Positions 63,137 to 64,000 of a stretch of DNA of 64,000 nucleotides are shown here, one piece after another. The notes beneath the pieces are model-generated. The model was not told the origin of the DNA. It made no database searches and saw nothing but the letters and a program-made list of their open reading frames with translations. The position numbers were made by a program, and so were the translations under genes. The stretch's first letter is position 1; each line of letters begins with the position of its first letter. This stretch comes from an uncultured delta proteobacterium (lineage in GTDB: Bacteria; Myxococcota_A; Polyangia; Palsa-1104), in NCBI GenBank assembly GCA_963785725.1, contig CAWAWS010000016.1:192001-256000 (forward strand), given 5' to 3'.

Positions 63137-64000
63137 TTATTTGGGGTGTTTGAGATTGTAATAGCCCTCAAACTTTTCAGCGAGCTGAAGTATGTCGTCG
63201 TTGGAAAGCGACTGCACCGGTGTCAGCACGTGTAGGGCGACGCCGTACGGCAGATCGCGGTGGGCAAAGCCCGTCGAGTCGTTGACGAACAGCGTCCGCT
63301 TGGCGGGCAAGTAGCGCGAGGCGTAGGTGCTGTTCGCCGAGAGCTTGAAGTCCGGCCACAACGACGGCGTGTCGAGCGTGGCCTGCGGGACGACGACGAG
63401 GTTGAGCGGCGGCGCCGAGAACTTGGCCGCCAGCGCGCGCGCGGCCGGCACGTCGCTCGCGGCCAAGAACGTCCGCAGCTCGCCGAGCACGCTGCGATAG
63501 GCGTCGCGCACGAGCGCCGGATCGCGCCGCGCCGTCGACTGCACGCGCACCCCGTCGGCCTTGAACGTCTCGTCGGTGGCCAGCGTCTCGCCGGCCACGG
63601 CGTGCGGGACGAGCCAAGCGGCCGGCTTCGGCGGCGCCGGCTTGACCGGCGGCGCTTTCGGCGCGGCGGAGCCCGAGCCCGCGCCGGTCGTGACCGCAGG
63701 CTTCGTCGGGTGCGCCATCTGCCGCGCCAGCAAGAACGTCGCGCCCGTGCCGCCGGCGACGAGCACGGCCAAGCCCAACGCCGGCGCCACTCGGCTCTTT
63801 CGCCCCGCCGCCGCCGCGCCCGCGTGCGCCGGCGTCACGTCGGGCAGCACCGCCTCCAACGCCTGTCGAAACGCCGCCGCGTCGACATACCGGTCGTCGG
63901 CGTTCTTCTCCAGCGCCACGAGCAGCGCCTTTTCCAGCGACGCCGGCACCGCGACGCCCATCTTGGCCAGCGCCGGGGGCTTATTGCGCAGGTGCTGCTG
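63137..64000 (-). CDS. C-terminal part of a membrane Ser/Thr kinase, truncated by the window edge
   Basis: QQHLRNKPP...LEKALLVALEKNADDRY (kinase subdomain XI), TM helix, Pro-rich linker, extracytoplasmic domain. Confidence 0.75.
   Translation of the reverse strand, partial: QQHLRNKPPALAKMGVAVPASLEKALLVALEKNADDRYVDAAAFRQALEAVLPDVTPAHAGAAAAGRKSRVAPALGLAVLVAGGTGATFLLARQMAHPTKPAVTTGAGSGSAAPKAPPVKPAPPKPAAWLVPHAVAGETLATDETFKADGVRVQSTARRDPALVRDAYRSVLGELRTFLAASDVPAARALAAKFSAPPLNLVVVPQATLDTPSLWPDFKLSANSTYASRYLPAKRTLFVNDSTGFAHRDLPYGVALHVLTPVQSLSNDDILQLAEKFEGYYNLKHPK

Overview
High-GC bacterial chromosomal segment, most consistent with Myxococcota. The evidence is several Hanks-type Ser/Thr kinases, AgmX/PglI(TonB_C)-like, HEAT, Kelch and Cys-rich exported proteins, and a MXAN_5187-like protein. 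It is mostly core and accessory housekeeping: a tilS-ftsH-folP-cdaA-cdaR-glmM-(Cys-rich lipoprotein)-pdxJ-acpS-nnr run, mnmA/rlmD/cysteine desulfurase, rnc, nadD and a GldAFG-like ABC cassette. It also holds a sulfur-relay cluster (CysM-like, JAMM peptidase, DsrE/F, TusA, LarE) and a predicted beta-barrel paired with a 13-heme cytochrome c. Many conserved genes are split by single-base indels, most likely sequencing or assembly errors. The most striking unexplained feature is a ~610-nt non-coding element at 23501-24113. It has a well-spaced sigma70-like promoter, a long helix pairing its 5' and 3' ends, many internal hairpins and two short motifs each repeated 5-6 times. It looks like a large, modular structured RNA that I cannot assign to a known class. 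A second pattern is TAnnnT boxes 6-8 nt upstream of many start codons, suggesting widespread leaderless mRNAs. All family assignments come from motif recognition by eye; no database search was run.
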